From: a virus
Direction: 5' to 3' (one strand)
Virus record (IMG/VR): IMGVR_UViG_3300009164_003814
DNA: 64,000 nucleotides
This document shows positions 49,341 through 59,180 of the stretch, piece by piece; within the stretch, counting starts at the first letter, position 1; every line of letters begins with the position of its first letter. The notes below the pieces were generated by a model. It had not been told where the DNA came from and searched no databases. It saw only the letters and a list, made by a program, of their open reading frames with translations. Position numbers and translations under genes: made by a program.

Positions 49341-49957
49341 ACAAACAAGATCTAATTGACTTTGAAACAGATATAGGTGAAACATTTAATCGTGGAGAAA
49401 TTCGTGCTCCTATACATCTATATGCTGGCAGTGAAGATCAGATCATGCAAGTGTTTGAACACATTGACGTCAAGAAAGATTGGATCTGTTGTACCTGGCG
49501 TAATCATTATCAAGCACTGTTAAAAGGTATTCCACCTGAAGTAATTAAAGAACGCATCATGGCTGGTAAAAGCATGGTTATGAATCTTCCAGAATACAAA
49601 TTTATATGTTCAAGTATTGTAGGAGGCATTCCGAGCATTGCCACAGGACTGGCACTTGCTGCAAAACTTCGTGACACAGATGAACATGTATGGTGTTGGT
49701 CCGGAGATATGAGTGCCGAAACAGGTGCCTGGGCCGAAGCCTACAAATATTCTCGAGCACAAGACTTACCAATTACATTTATTGTTGAAGACAATGAACT
49801 AAGCGTATTGACTCCTACGCACGAAATGTGGGGCCCTGATAAGTGGTATCTTCCTGTACAAAACAAAGTTTGGTATGAAGATAAACATTTAATCTATTAC
49901 AAATATAAAAATACAAAATATCCACATGCTGGCGCCGGAATAAGGGTGCAATTTTAA
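49337..49957 (+). CDS. TPP-dependent dehydrogenase E1 alpha-like subunit
   Basis: HL..G.E, WRNH, SSIVGG, GD.....G...E, EDN. Confidence 0.8.
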   Translation: MNKQDLIDFETDIGETFNRGEIRAPIHLYAGSEDQIMQVFEHIDVKKDWICCTWRNHYQALLKGIPPEVIKERIMAGKSMVMNLPEYKFICSSIVGGIPSIATGLALAAKLRDTDEHVWCWSGDMSAETGAWAEAYKYSRAQDLPITFIVEDNELSVLTPTHEMWGPDKWYLPVQNKVWYEDKHLIYYKYKNTKYPHAGAGIRVQF

Positions 49958-50490
49958 TGACCACACAACTGTATAATCAACAACTCAAAGCGGCAATGAA
50001 TTGGATCGGTGCACAAGATCGTGTTATGATCCTCGGTCAAGCTGTTTGCTATGCTGGTACCGGCTGTTATGAAAGCATTACAGAAGTGTCTGATGATAAA
50101 AAAATGGAATTTCCTGTAGCAGAGAACTTTCAAATTGGTGTAAGCACAGGAATGGCAATCAATGGCATGGTGCCTGTTAGTGTTGTCCCAAGATGGAATT
50201 TTTTATTAAATGCTACAGATCAAATTGTTAATCATCTTGATAAAATGGAATCAATGAGTGACGGACGTTGTAGACCCAAAGTCATTATTCGTGTGGCCAA
50301 GGGCAGTGAAAATCCCGTTGACCCTCAAGATCAACACAAAGGCAATTTTGCAGACGCATTTAGATTAATGTGTAAAAATATTGACATTGTAGAGTTATAC
50401 CAACCAGAAGATATTCTTCCAGCATATCAATCAGCCTACACTAGTAACCGTAGTACAATTTTAGTTGAATTTCCAGATTACGGTAAATGA
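49957..50490 (+). CDS. TPP-dependent E1 beta/transketolase pyrimidine-binding subunit
   Basis: E.PVAEN...G...G.A, DQIVN, QH. Confidence 0.8.
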   Translation: MTTQLYNQQLKAAMNWIGAQDRVMILGQAVCYAGTGCYESITEVSDDKKMEFPVAENFQIGVSTGMAINGMVPVSVVPRWNFLLNATDQIVNHLDKMESMSDGRCRPKVIIRVAKGSENPVDPQDQHKGNFADAFRLMCKNIDIVELYQPEDILPAYQSAYTSNRSTILVEFPDYGK

Positions 50491-51296
50491 GAATATTATT
50501 AACGGGTGGCACTGGATTTATTGGAGGCTACCTTAAACAACATCTCAAACACGATGTTATTGCACCCGCTTCAAAAGAAATTAATCTTTTAGATTTAAAT
50601 TCAGTAACCAAGTTTTTAAAATCACAACAATTTGATGCTGTGGTACATTGTGCTGTGGTAGGCAGAGAAAGTGTGTATGCTATAGATCCCAAGATCGAAG
50701 AAAATAATCTGAGGATGTTTTATAATTTAGCTGTCAATAAAACATATTACGATAAGTTTATTAATTTTGGCAGTGGTGCAGAGTTTGATATTGACACTGA
50801 TATTTGTGAAGCGTCCGAGGAAGAAATTTGGACCAGGAATCCCAATCATAGCTATGGGCGTAGTAAAAACGTCATAGCCAAGTTTGCACAAACCATGCCA
50901 AATTTTTACAATCTACGAATCTTTGGTTGTTTTGATAGCAGTGAAGGCAACACCCGCCTGTTACAATTGTTTACTAAAAAATGCCAACTCAACGAATCAT
51001 TGTTGATTTCTAAAGACCGTTTGTTTGATATGATCAGTGCTCAGGACCTATTAACTGTGGTCGAAGCCGTTTTGGCTAAACAAATACATGACAACGACCT
51101 AAATATAGTGTATAATAAAAAATATTATCTTAGTGAGATCGTAAAAATGTATGCACAGTTACACCATCTAGACAGCAAGTTGATTCAAGTGTCTGGGCAC
51201 GACACAAACTCATACACCGGTAACGGAACCCGACTGAATCAGTATCAACTACCGTTATTGGGTTTAGAACAATCTCTTAAAATTTACAACACATGA
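50487..51296 (+). CDS. NAD-dependent epimerase/reductase
   Basis: TGGTGFIG, GSGAE, YGRSK. Confidence 0.8.
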   Translation: MRILLTGGTGFIGGYLKQHLKHDVIAPASKEINLLDLNSVTKFLKSQQFDAVVHCAVVGRESVYAIDPKIEENNLRMFYNLAVNKTYYDKFINFGSGAEFDIDTDICEASEEEIWTRNPNHSYGRSKNVIAKFAQTMPNFYNLRIFGCFDSSEGNTRLLQLFTKKCQLNESLLISKDRLFDMISAQDLLTVVEAVLAKQIHDNDLNIVYNKKYYLSEIVKMYAQLHHLDSKLIQVSGHDTNSYTGNGTRLNQYQLPLLGLEQSLKIYNT

Positions 51297-51790
51297 AAAA
51301 AATCTACTATTCCTGGCAAGATGTTGAATGTCAAACACAAGAAATCCTACGTCAACTACAACGTGATGCATGGATACCCGATTATGTAGTAGGTCTTACC
51401 CGTGGCGGATTGGTTCCAGCTAACCTTATTAGTCAATATCTAGCAGTTCCAATGGAAACGCTCAAAGTAAGCCTGCGTGATGATAACAGTCAGCCCGAAA
51501 GCAACTTGTGGATGGCCGAGGATGCTTACAATGGTAAAAAGATCCTTATTGTAGACGACATTAACGATTCAGGTGCTACTTTAAACTGGATCAAACAAGA
51601 TTGGCAAGATAACTGTTTGCCCGAAGCCGACCGCTGGTTTAAGTTATGGGGCGACCATGTACGTGTTGCTGTGTTGGTAGATAACGAAGCAAGCGCCAGC
51701 GAATTAAATATCAATTACAATGCTGTTGACCTAAATAAAGCTGAGGAGGATTGCTGGGTTGTGTTTCCTTGGGAGGATTGGTGGAAATGA
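51293..51790 (+). CDS. Purine phosphoribosyltransferase (Gpt-like)
   Basis: GLTRGGL.PA, LIVDDINDSGAT, W.VFPWE. Confidence 0.85.
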   Translation: MKKIYYSWQDVECQTQEILRQLQRDAWIPDYVVGLTRGGLVPANLISQYLAVPMETLKVSLRDDNSQPESNLWMAEDAYNGKKILIVDDINDSGATLNWIKQDWQDNCLPEADRWFKLWGDHVRVAVLVDNEASASELNINYNAVDLNKAEEDCWVVFPWEDWWK

Positions 51791-51996
51791 AAATACATTA
51801 TAGAGAACCTACTGTAGTAGAACAGATGAATAATGCCATTAAGGTCAGCGACGAAGCTAATAGAAAACCCATTGATTATTTTGAATTAACCAGCCAGGAG
51901 CTGAATTCTAACTACAGCAATTTTGATAAAACTACGGGCAAGGACAATACAACTGCCTATTCATACAAGGGCGTTGCAATAAAGGTTAAAGAATGA
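51787..51996 (+). CDS. Hypothetical protein
   Basis: ATGA-coupled on both sides. Confidence 0.55.
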   Translation: MKIHYREPTVVEQMNNAIKVSDEANRKPIDYFELTSQELNSNYSNFDKTTGKDNTTAYSYKGVAIKVKE

Positions 51997-52856
51997 AAAT
52001 TAAAGTCAGCGAATTATTTTATAGTCTTCAAGGAGAAGGTCGATTTGTTGGGGTACCCAGCGTGTTCTTAAGAACATATGGTTGCAATTTTACGTGTAGT
52101 TCGTTTGGGTGCAAGCCAGGCGAAAAGTCAACAGGTGCAGATGAGGTGGCAGAAGTAGTTCACTTGTATGATAAGTTTACAGATTTGCCATTGGTGGAAA
52201 CCGGATGCGATAGTTATGCAAGTTGGCATCCAGCATTCAAGCATCTAAGTCCTAACATGCCAACAGAAGATCTAGTTGCCAACATGTTGTTGTTGACTCC
52301 CAACAACCATTGGATGCAAAACAACGGTAATGATGTACACTTGGTTATTACAGGTGGTGAGCCTTTGCTGGGCTGGCAACGTGCTTACGAAGAATTGCTA
52401 AGTCATCCTGACATGGCCGACCTCAAGAACATCACATTTGAAACGAACGGCACTCAAGCACTACAAGACGGTTTCAAACATTATGCTTATAACAGACATT
52501 TGCTTAACGGCACAGAGTTTACATTCAGTGTGAGTGCTAAATTAAGTGCGTCTGGCGAGAAAGCCGAAGATGCTATTTGCCCTGACATTGTCAAAAGCTA
52601 CCAAGATTTAAATGTTGGGCCTGTGTATCTTAAGTTTGTAGTTGAAACTGAAGAACACGTCAACGAAGCGGTGCAAGCTGTAGATCAGTATCGTGCGGCA
52701 GGATTTACAGGGCTAGTCTATCTAATGCCACAAGGCGGTGTTGTTGATCCATATGAATCAAACAAGTTAAACATTGCCAACATCTGCTGTGAACGTGGAT
52801 TTAACTATAGCCCACGCTTGCATGTGGACTTGTGGGGCAACGGCTGGGGCAAATGA
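51993..52856 (+). CDS. queE: 7-carboxy-7-deazaguanine synthase (radical SAM)
   Basis: ELFYSLQGEG...G.PSVFLR..GCNFTC, CDS, TGGEP, ETNG, PRLH..LW. Confidence 0.9.
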   Translation: MKIKVSELFYSLQGEGRFVGVPSVFLRTYGCNFTCSSFGCKPGEKSTGADEVAEVVHLYDKFTDLPLVETGCDSYASWHPAFKHLSPNMPTEDLVANMLLLTPNNHWMQNNGNDVHLVITGGEPLLGWQRAYEELLSHPDMADLKNITFETNGTQALQDGFKHYAYNRHLLNGTEFTFSVSAKLSASGEKAEDAICPDIVKSYQDLNVGPVYLKFVVETEEHVNEAVQAVDQYRAAGFTGLVYLMPQGGVVDPYESNKLNIANICCERGFNYSPRLHVDLWGNGWGK

Positions 52857-53089
52857 TGGGTGCCGGTTACTATTCTCCTGGTGTAGATGCTTACGATCAC
52901 TTTTATCATAAAGCATTTTGGCGACTAAGATTTTTATGGTGGCCTAAACGTAGTGACATAACAGGACATTGGTTATGGTTACGCCAAGCGTACGAAGGTA
53001 CGGCAATGTATCATGGGCCAGGCGAAGCTGTGTTTGAGTTTAGATATCACGAGCCCAAAGAACATTTAATATGGAATTTAAAGAAATGA
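52853..53089 (+). CDS. Hypothetical protein
   Basis: Trp-rich coupled ORF. Confidence 0.5.
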   Translation: MMGAGYYSPGVDAYDHFYHKAFWRLRFLWWPKRSDITGHWLWLRQAYEGTAMYHGPGEAVFEFRYHEPKEHLIWNLKK

Positions 53090-53832
53090 AATTACAAGAT
53101 CGTATCACCGCCTGGATTCGAGACTATGCCGCCACAGCTGGTATGCGCAGTTTAGTAGTTGGTATCAGCGGTGGTATTGATAGTGCTGTAGTCAGCGCAC
53201 TCTGCGCTAGAACTGGCTTGCACACAGTAGCAGTAACTATGCCTATTCGTCAACGTCCAGACTTACACGATCTCAGTATGCAACAAGGTGTTTGGCTGAC
53301 ACAAAACTTTGACAATGTGCGCCACGACATCATTGATTTAACTTCAACATTTGATGAGTTTGAAGGCCGATTGGCTACCTACAACAGTTTGTTGGGGTTT
53401 GCCAACAGTCGTAGTCGACTACGCATGGTTACCCTGTATCAAATTGCTCAAACAGTTGGTGGTCTTGTGGTAGGCACTGGCAACAAGGTAGAAGACTTTG
53501 GTGTGGGATTTTATACCAAGTACGGTGATGGTGGGGTGGACATCAGTCCCATTGCTGACTGTTACAAAACAGAAGTATGGCAAATGGGCCGTGAACTAGG
53601 TGTGTTACAAGATATTATCAATGCGGCACCCACAGATGGCTTATGGGATGATGGGCGTACCGATGAAGATCAACTGGGTATGAGCTATGCTGATTTAGAA
53701 GTTGCTATGCGTATGGATCTAGGTGAAATTAAATCCGCTGTGCCAGAACTTGTGGCTAACTTGGAAAAATTTCGTACTATACAAGCCCGTAGTTTGCACA
53801 AAATGAATCCTATTCCTGTATTTAAAAAATAA
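53086..53832 (+). CDS. nadE: NH3-dependent NAD+ synthetase
   Basis: GISGGIDSAV, N.RSRLRM, GTGNK.E..GFYTKYGDG, PTDGLW..TDE.QLG. Confidence 0.9.
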   Translation: MKLQDRITAWIRDYAATAGMRSLVVGISGGIDSAVVSALCARTGLHTVAVTMPIRQRPDLHDLSMQQGVWLTQNFDNVRHDIIDLTSTFDEFEGRLATYNSLLGFANSRSRLRMVTLYQIAQTVGGLVVGTGNKVEDFGVGFYTKYGDGGVDISPIADCYKTEVWQMGRELGVLQDIINAAPTDGLWDDGRTDEDQLGMSYADLEVAMRMDLGEIKSAVPELVANLEKFRTIQARSLHKMNPIPVFKK

Positions 53833-53864
53833 TAGGATTTGTTGGTATTGGTATAAATATATGT

Positions 53865-54533
53865 ATGAATACCACATACCAACCTTACACTTATTTGATC
53901 GGATGGCAAGAACAACAAAAATACTACTATGGCGTAAGATACGCTAAAAATTGTTCTCCTGGAGATTTCTGGACCAAATATTTTACCTCATCTCCTGCTG
54001 TTTTGGCTATGCGGTTAAAGCACGGAGACCCAGATATTATACAAATTAGAAAAACTTTCTCAACTAAAGAACAAGCAAGGCAGTGGGAAACACGAGTATT
54101 AACCAAAATGAAAGTTGTTGTTCGTGAAGATTTTCTTAACAAAAACGATGCTCCTGCACCTCCAATTAATGATCGAGTTATGTCATCTGAAACCAAGGCA
54201 AAAATTAGTTCGGTTCATAAAGGAAAACCAAAATCAGAAGCACATAAACAAAAAATTAGAGAGGCCAGAGCACAGCAAGTAAATACTAGGAAGGGTATTC
54301 CAACATCTAAAGAAACAAAGCAAAAACTTAGAGAAGCAAACTTAGGAAAAACATATTCAGAAGATGTTAATTCTAAAAAAGGTCAAAAAAAGGAATTGCA
54401 TTGGACTTACGGAAAACCAAGAGCAGAAGAAACAAAGCAAAAACTTAGAGAAGCAAATTTAGGAAAAGTTTTGTCAGAAGAAACAAAACAAAAAATGCGT
54501 GGGCCAAGATTAAAATTAAAGGATATTGAATGA
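53865..54533 (+). mobile_element. Free-standing GIY-YIG (Seg-like) homing endonuclease with NUMOD3 repeats
   Basis: YTY...YYG, Y.TSS, E, FLN; repeated SETKAKIS/ETKQKLREANLGK; own TATAAATA at 53852. Confidence 0.75.
54310..54467 (+). repeat. 41-bp direct repeat inside the endonuclease (54310-54350, 54427-54467)
   Basis: aagaaacaaagcaaaaacttagagaagcaaa[c/t]ttaggaaaa. Confidence 0.9.
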
Positions 54534-55771
54534 AAAAATGTAAGGTGGGATTCATCGGAATTGGAAAATTAGGATTAGACTGTGCCGAAGTATTTGCTGA
54601 AAAGCACGAAGTACGCGGTTACGACATTTACCCACGCACTAGCGATTCAGTAAAAGTATGCAGTATCAAAGAGCTTGTTGAAGAAAGCGAATGGATTTTT
54701 ATTGCTGTTCCCACTCCACACGCCGAAGGTTACGATGGAAGTGTTCCGTCAAGTCATATGACTCCCCGAGACTTTGGGCATGATGCTGTTATTGATGCTA
54801 TTACTAAAGTGAATCAATATGCTACTAGCCCCAAAAAAGTAGTATTGATTAGTACAGTACTACCTGGAACAACTCGCAACAAGTTTGTTCCACTACTAGA
54901 TACTAAACACCAATTTGTTTACAATCCTTATTTAATTGCTATGGGTTCAGTTAAGTGGGACATGGTCAACCCTGAGATGATTATGTTGGGCACAGTGGAT
55001 GGTAGTTTAACTGGCGTAGCTGGTGAACTTAAAGACTTGTACAAAACTATCATGCAAAACAATCCACGCTACGAAGTCGGCACATGGGATGAGTGCGAAG
55101 CTATTAAGATTTTCTACAACACATTTATCAGTGCCAAGGTCGGCCTAGTTAACATGGTACAAGACTTTGCTATGAAGATTGGCAACATCAACGTTGACGT
55201 TGTTACAGATGCCCTGGCCAAGAGCACAATGCGTATCATGGGTCCCAAATACATGACAGCAGGCATGGGTGATGCAGGTGCTTGCCATCCTAGAGATAAC
55301 ATTGCCTTGCGTTGGTTAGCTGAAGAGTATGATATTGGTTACGACTTGTTTGACACTGTCATGCATGCTAGAGAAATTCAAGCAAAGAACTTGGCCTTGT
55401 TCCTAGTTGAGCAGGCCAAGAAACACAACTTGCCTGTGGTCATTCACGGTAAAGCCTACAAGCCAGATGTTGAATACTGCATCGGTAGTTATAGCACATT
55501 GGTTGGATTCTATGTAGCCGAGGCTGGGCATAGTGTCAGCTATGTTGATCCACTTGCTGATAATTGCGACGATGTAGTTGTTACTGTAGATCACCCAGCA
55601 GTGTTTTTATGGGCACACAATCGTAAGATCACATACGAGTATACCGGTGACCAACTAGATACACAACCGTATTGTACAATCTTACCAGGAAGTGTTATTG
55701 TTGACCCATGGCGCAAATTACCCGTTGACATGCAGGATATAACTGTAGTACACTATGGTAATACTCGATAG
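54530..55771 (+). CDS. UDP-glucose/GDP-mannose 6-dehydrogenase family protein
   Basis: GIGKLG, AVPTP, STVLPGT, K...N, G.G..G.C.PRD, AYKP. Confidence 0.85.
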   Translation: MKKCKVGFIGIGKLGLDCAEVFAEKHEVRGYDIYPRTSDSVKVCSIKELVEESEWIFIAVPTPHAEGYDGSVPSSHMTPRDFGHDAVIDAITKVNQYATSPKKVVLISTVLPGTTRNKFVPLLDTKHQFVYNPYLIAMGSVKWDMVNPEMIMLGTVDGSLTGVAGELKDLYKTIMQNNPRYEVGTWDECEAIKIFYNTFISAKVGLVNMVQDFAMKIGNINVDVVTDALAKSTMRIMGPKYMTAGMGDAGACHPRDNIALRWLAEEYDIGYDLFDTVMHAREIQAKNLALFLVEQAKKHNLPVVIHGKAYKPDVEYCIGSYSTLVGFYVAEAGHSVSYVDPLADNCDDVVVTVDHPAVFLWAHNRKITYEYTGDQLDTQPYCTILPGSVIVDPWRKLPVDMQDITVVHYGNTR

Positions 55772-55777
55772 GAAACC

Positions 55778-56161
55778 ATGCTAAAAATATTTGACATCTT
55801 TAAAAAGAAAAAGGCCATTGCCGCCGAGCAACCAACGGCTCCACAAAAAACGGAGAAAGAGATTGCTAACGAAAAAGGCGAGCCTTATGTCAATATTGTT
55901 AGCATGGAGATTGACCCCGAAAACATACAAGCTGGCGCATTTGAACTAGACTGGAACGATAAGTTTGTAGCTAATCTAGTTCGTGCTGGCTACCAAATGG
56001 ATTCTAAAGACACAGATGCTGATATTGTAGACCGTTGGTTTACAGCAGTATGTCGCAATGTGGTTTTGGAAACTTACGAGCAGTACGAAGCTATGAATCC
56101 CGAACGTGACCGTGTGGTAAAAACTCGCAACATTGGTGATGGCAGATCTGAAGTATCATGA
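55778..56161 (+). CDS. Hypothetical protein
   Basis: 127 aa; FELDWN..F. Confidence 0.6.
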   Translation: MLKIFDIFKKKKAIAAEQPTAPQKTEKEIANEKGEPYVNIVSMEIDPENIQAGAFELDWNDKFVANLVRAGYQMDSKDTDADIVDRWFTAVCRNVVLETYEQYEAMNPERDRVVKTRNIGDGRSEVS

Positions 56162-56862
56162 TGCTATATGTCAACGGTGACAGTCACACTGCTGGTGCCG
56201 AGGCTGTAAATCCTCATGCATTTGCCGAAGACGATCCTGCCTTATTTTATCTAGGTCGTGCGCCGCACCCGGACAATCTTGCAGTCAGTTGGGGCAAGAT
56301 ATTAAGTTTGGCACTTAGATCGGGTCTTCGATGTGATGCTGAGAGTGCTAGTAGTAACGCTCGTATCATAAGAACTACACGTAACTGGTTAGCCGGCGGC
56401 GGCAATGCCCATCCAGATCAGTTGGTCATCATACAATGGTCAACTTGGGAACGAGAAGAATGGTTGCATAACGAAACTTATTACCAAGTTGGTGCCAGCG
56501 GAATTGATCATGTTCCACAGGATTTGCAAGAAACGTATAGAAACTACGTGCTTGGTACTGATTGGAAAATCAAAACTGAACAGGCACATGAAGAAATTTG
56601 GCAGTTTCATGCCGAATTGAAAAACCAAGATATTAAACATATTTTTTTCAATGGCAATAATGATTTTAGTAACATCACCGATCAAAAAAATTGGGGAGTT
56701 AATTACATTGGCCCGTATAATCCCGCTCAAACGTATGATGCTATTATCCGATCAACCGGCATAGAAACAGTCATGCCCAACTCATGGCATTTTGGACGAG
56801 ATGGCCACTCAAGTTTTGCTCGTTTTATTCTCAATTACATCATGTCCAATAAGTTTGTCTAA
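56158..56862 (+). CDS. SGNH-like protein
   Basis: NGDSHTAG, SSN, IQWS..R, HF...GH. Confidence 0.55.
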   Translation: MMLYVNGDSHTAGAEAVNPHAFAEDDPALFYLGRAPHPDNLAVSWGKILSLALRSGLRCDAESASSNARIIRTTRNWLAGGGNAHPDQLVIIQWSTWEREEWLHNETYYQVGASGIDHVPQDLQETYRNYVLGTDWKIKTEQAHEEIWQFHAELKNQDIKHIFFNGNNDFSNITDQKNWGVNYIGPYNPAQTYDAIIRSTGIETVMPNSWHFGRDGHSSFARFILNYIMSNKFV

Positions 56863-57950
56863 TGAATCTTAATACTTATTGTTCATTACCGTTTTCAGGT
56901 TTTGATAACAGAACCTCATCCGCATGTTGTTGGTTGAAATTAGATGAGAAAGTAAATTCATTTGCAGAAATGCAACAATCTACAGAAATACATGAATTAC
57001 AACAAACATTATTGTCAGGAGTTAGACACTCTAAATGTGGTGCATGCTGGGAAAGTGAAGATTTCAATATTATAAGTATGCGTCAAACAGTTTTATTAAA
57101 CAAAAATGAAGACGAAATTATTAAAGAAATCACGCATAAGAAATTAAAATATCTAGTTATTGATAGCGGAAATGTTTGTAATCTTGCATGCCGTACGTGC
57201 GGGCCATCGGCAAGTTCAGGCCTTATAAAAGAATTTAGAGTAAGGTATGGGCAAGATTATTACCGTATAAAAAAAACAAAAATTGATTCTCTGCTAGAAG
57301 AGGATTACAGTGACTTAATTCGCATAGATATTCTAGGGGGTGAACCTTTTCAAAATTTAGATCATTTAATGGTGCTTGAAAAAATTATTACTAATGGTAA
57401 TAGTAAAAATATTACGCTTAGTTATACTACTAATGCTACTACAAAATTATCACCGCAGATTTACAATTTATTCTCCAACTTTAAAAAAGTAAATTTAATA
57501 GTATCAATTGATGCTACTCATATGCAATTTGAATATATTCGAACCAATGGTATATGGAATGATGTTGTTAGTAATATTAATGAATGGCGTTCTAAGTTTT
57601 ACAATATTAGATTGTCCGGTCACCCAACTATTAGTGCATTGAATGTTTTGTATCTTGATGAATTGTATACATGGTACCAAGCTAACAATATAGATTATAA
57701 TTTTGTTATGGGTGCTAACATTCCTGAATATTCGTTTTCTTTATTCACAGACAACCAAAAAAGTCTAATTATCAGTAAATTATCTAACTCAATGTTTAAC
57801 ATGGCTCAGATTAAAGATCATGTACGCTCATCAAACTATGATTCTAGCCTACTAAGTAAATTTTATGAATCTACTAATTTTACCAAATCTTTTAAAGGTC
57901 TTGATATTGAGGAGTATCTTCCACGGTTAACTGAATTATTAAAAAAATAG
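56862..57950 (+). CDS. Radical SAM protein (AT-rich)
   Basis: CNLACRTC, GGEP, TN; N-terminal Cys cluster. Confidence 0.8.
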   Translation: MNLNTYCSLPFSGFDNRTSSACCWLKLDEKVNSFAEMQQSTEIHELQQTLLSGVRHSKCGACWESEDFNIISMRQTVLLNKNEDEIIKEITHKKLKYLVIDSGNVCNLACRTCGPSASSGLIKEFRVRYGQDYYRIKKTKIDSLLEEDYSDLIRIDILGGEPFQNLDHLMVLEKIITNGNSKNITLSYTTNATTKLSPQIYNLFSNFKKVNLIVSIDATHMQFEYIRTNGIWNDVVSNINEWRSKFYNIRLSGHPTISALNVLYLDELYTWYQANNIDYNFVMGANIPEYSFSLFTDNQKSLIISKLSNSMFNMAQIKDHVRSSNYDSSLLSKFYESTNFTKSFKGLDIEEYLPRLTELLKK

Positions 57951-57979
57951 TTGACTAAAAAATTTATTTTTGCTATACT
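57951..57979 (+). promoter_or_regulatory. Sigma70-type promoter
   Basis: TTGACT-17-TATACT with extended -10 TG. Confidence 0.75.
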
Positions 57980-57985
57980 TATAGC

Positions 57986-58987
57986 ATGAAATATGTACTT
58001 ATAGATACTGCCAATTTATTCTTTCGTGCCAGACATGGTGCTTTTCGTGCCTCAGATACTTGGGAAAAAGTTGGCTTTGCACTACACGTTACCCTGATGG
58101 CTGCCAACAAAATGGCCCGTAGATTTGAAGCGGATCATGTGGTTTTTGCCTTAGAAGGGCGCAGTTGGCGCAAGGATCACTATAAGCCTTATAAAGCTAA
58201 TCGCGCTGTAGCTAGACAAGCCCTAACAGAGGCAGAGCAAGAAGAAGATAAAATGTTCTGGGAAACCTATGACAATTTGACTAAATACTTGAGTGAGAGG
58301 ACCAACTGTAGTGTACTACGTTGTCCAACCGCAGAAGGTGACGATATCATAGCTCGCTGGATTGCTTTACATCCCCAAGACCAACATGTGGTAATTTCAA
58401 GCGACACCGACTTTGTACAATTGCTTGCTCCCAATGTAACACAATACAATGGCATTACAGATGAATTACACACCATAGAAGGGATCTTTGATGCCAAAGG
58501 TAAACCAGTTATTGACAAGAAAACAAAAGAGCCTAAGACAATTCCTGATCCGCAGTGGCTTCTCTTCGAGAAGTGTATGCGCGGTGACAGCTCAGATAAT
58601 GTGTTCTCGGCATTCCCTGGCGTTCGGACGAAAGGCACTAAAAACAAAGTTGGCCTTCAGGAAGCGTATTCAGACAAGAATCGAAAAGGCTATAACTGGA
58701 ACAACATGATGTTGCAACGATGGACTGATCCAGATGGTGCGGAGCATAGAGTATTGGATGACTACGAACGCAACAGAACGCTGATTGATTTAACAGCACA
58801 GCCTGAAGAAATTAAGGCAACAGTAGATGCCGCCATACGCGAGCAGATTAGTCACAAAGACATAGGACAAGTGGGTGTACGATTTATGCAATTCTGTGGC
58901 AAGTATGAATTGAACAAGTGTAGTGAAAGTGCAGACAGTTTTGGACGTTGGTTAAACGAAACCTATAAAGGTGTATTGAATGGCTAA
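57986..58987 (+). CDS. 5'-3' exonuclease/RNase H (T4 rnh-like)
   Basis: LID..N, SWRK..Y..YKANR, EGDD.I, ISSD.DF.QL, GD.SDN. Confidence 0.88.
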   Translation: MKYVLIDTANLFFRARHGAFRASDTWEKVGFALHVTLMAANKMARRFEADHVVFALEGRSWRKDHYKPYKANRAVARQALTEAEQEEDKMFWETYDNLTKYLSERTNCSVLRCPTAEGDDIIARWIALHPQDQHVVISSDTDFVQLLAPNVTQYNGITDELHTIEGIFDAKGKPVIDKKTKEPKTIPDPQWLLFEKCMRGDSSDNVFSAFPGVRTKGTKNKVGLQEAYSDKNRKGYNWNNMMLQRWTDPDGAEHRVLDDYERNRTLIDLTAQPEEIKATVDAAIREQISHKDIGQVGVRFMQFCGKYELNKCSESADSFGRWLNETYKGVLNG

Positions 58988-59180
58988 AGATTTATTTTGG
59001 ATTACAGTAGCATCTAGTAGTGTTATTGTACTTGCGTTATTGGTATCAGCGTTCTGGCCTGGTAGTAAAGGCAATGTAGTTGTTGTAAAATACGATTGCA
59101 GTCAACTCATAGGTGGCTGGCATCCTGATATACCTCTTAGAGTTCAGGAACAATGTAGAAAAAGGGAGTTAGACAAATGA
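58980..59180 (+). CDS. Small membrane protein
   Basis: N-terminal TM segment, two Cys. Confidence 0.5.
   Translation: MAKDLFWITVASSSVIVLALLVSAFWPGSKGNVVVVKYDCSQLIGGWHPDIPLRVQEQCRKRELDK

Noticed and set aside
49337-50490. Pyruvate dehydrogenase as a central-metabolism auxiliary gene
   Set aside because: The subunits are short, there is no E2/E3, and they are embedded in an NDP-sugar operon
53865-54533. Group I intron around the homing endonuclease
   Set aside because: The flanking nadE and dehydrogenase genes are intact and there is no room for an intron core
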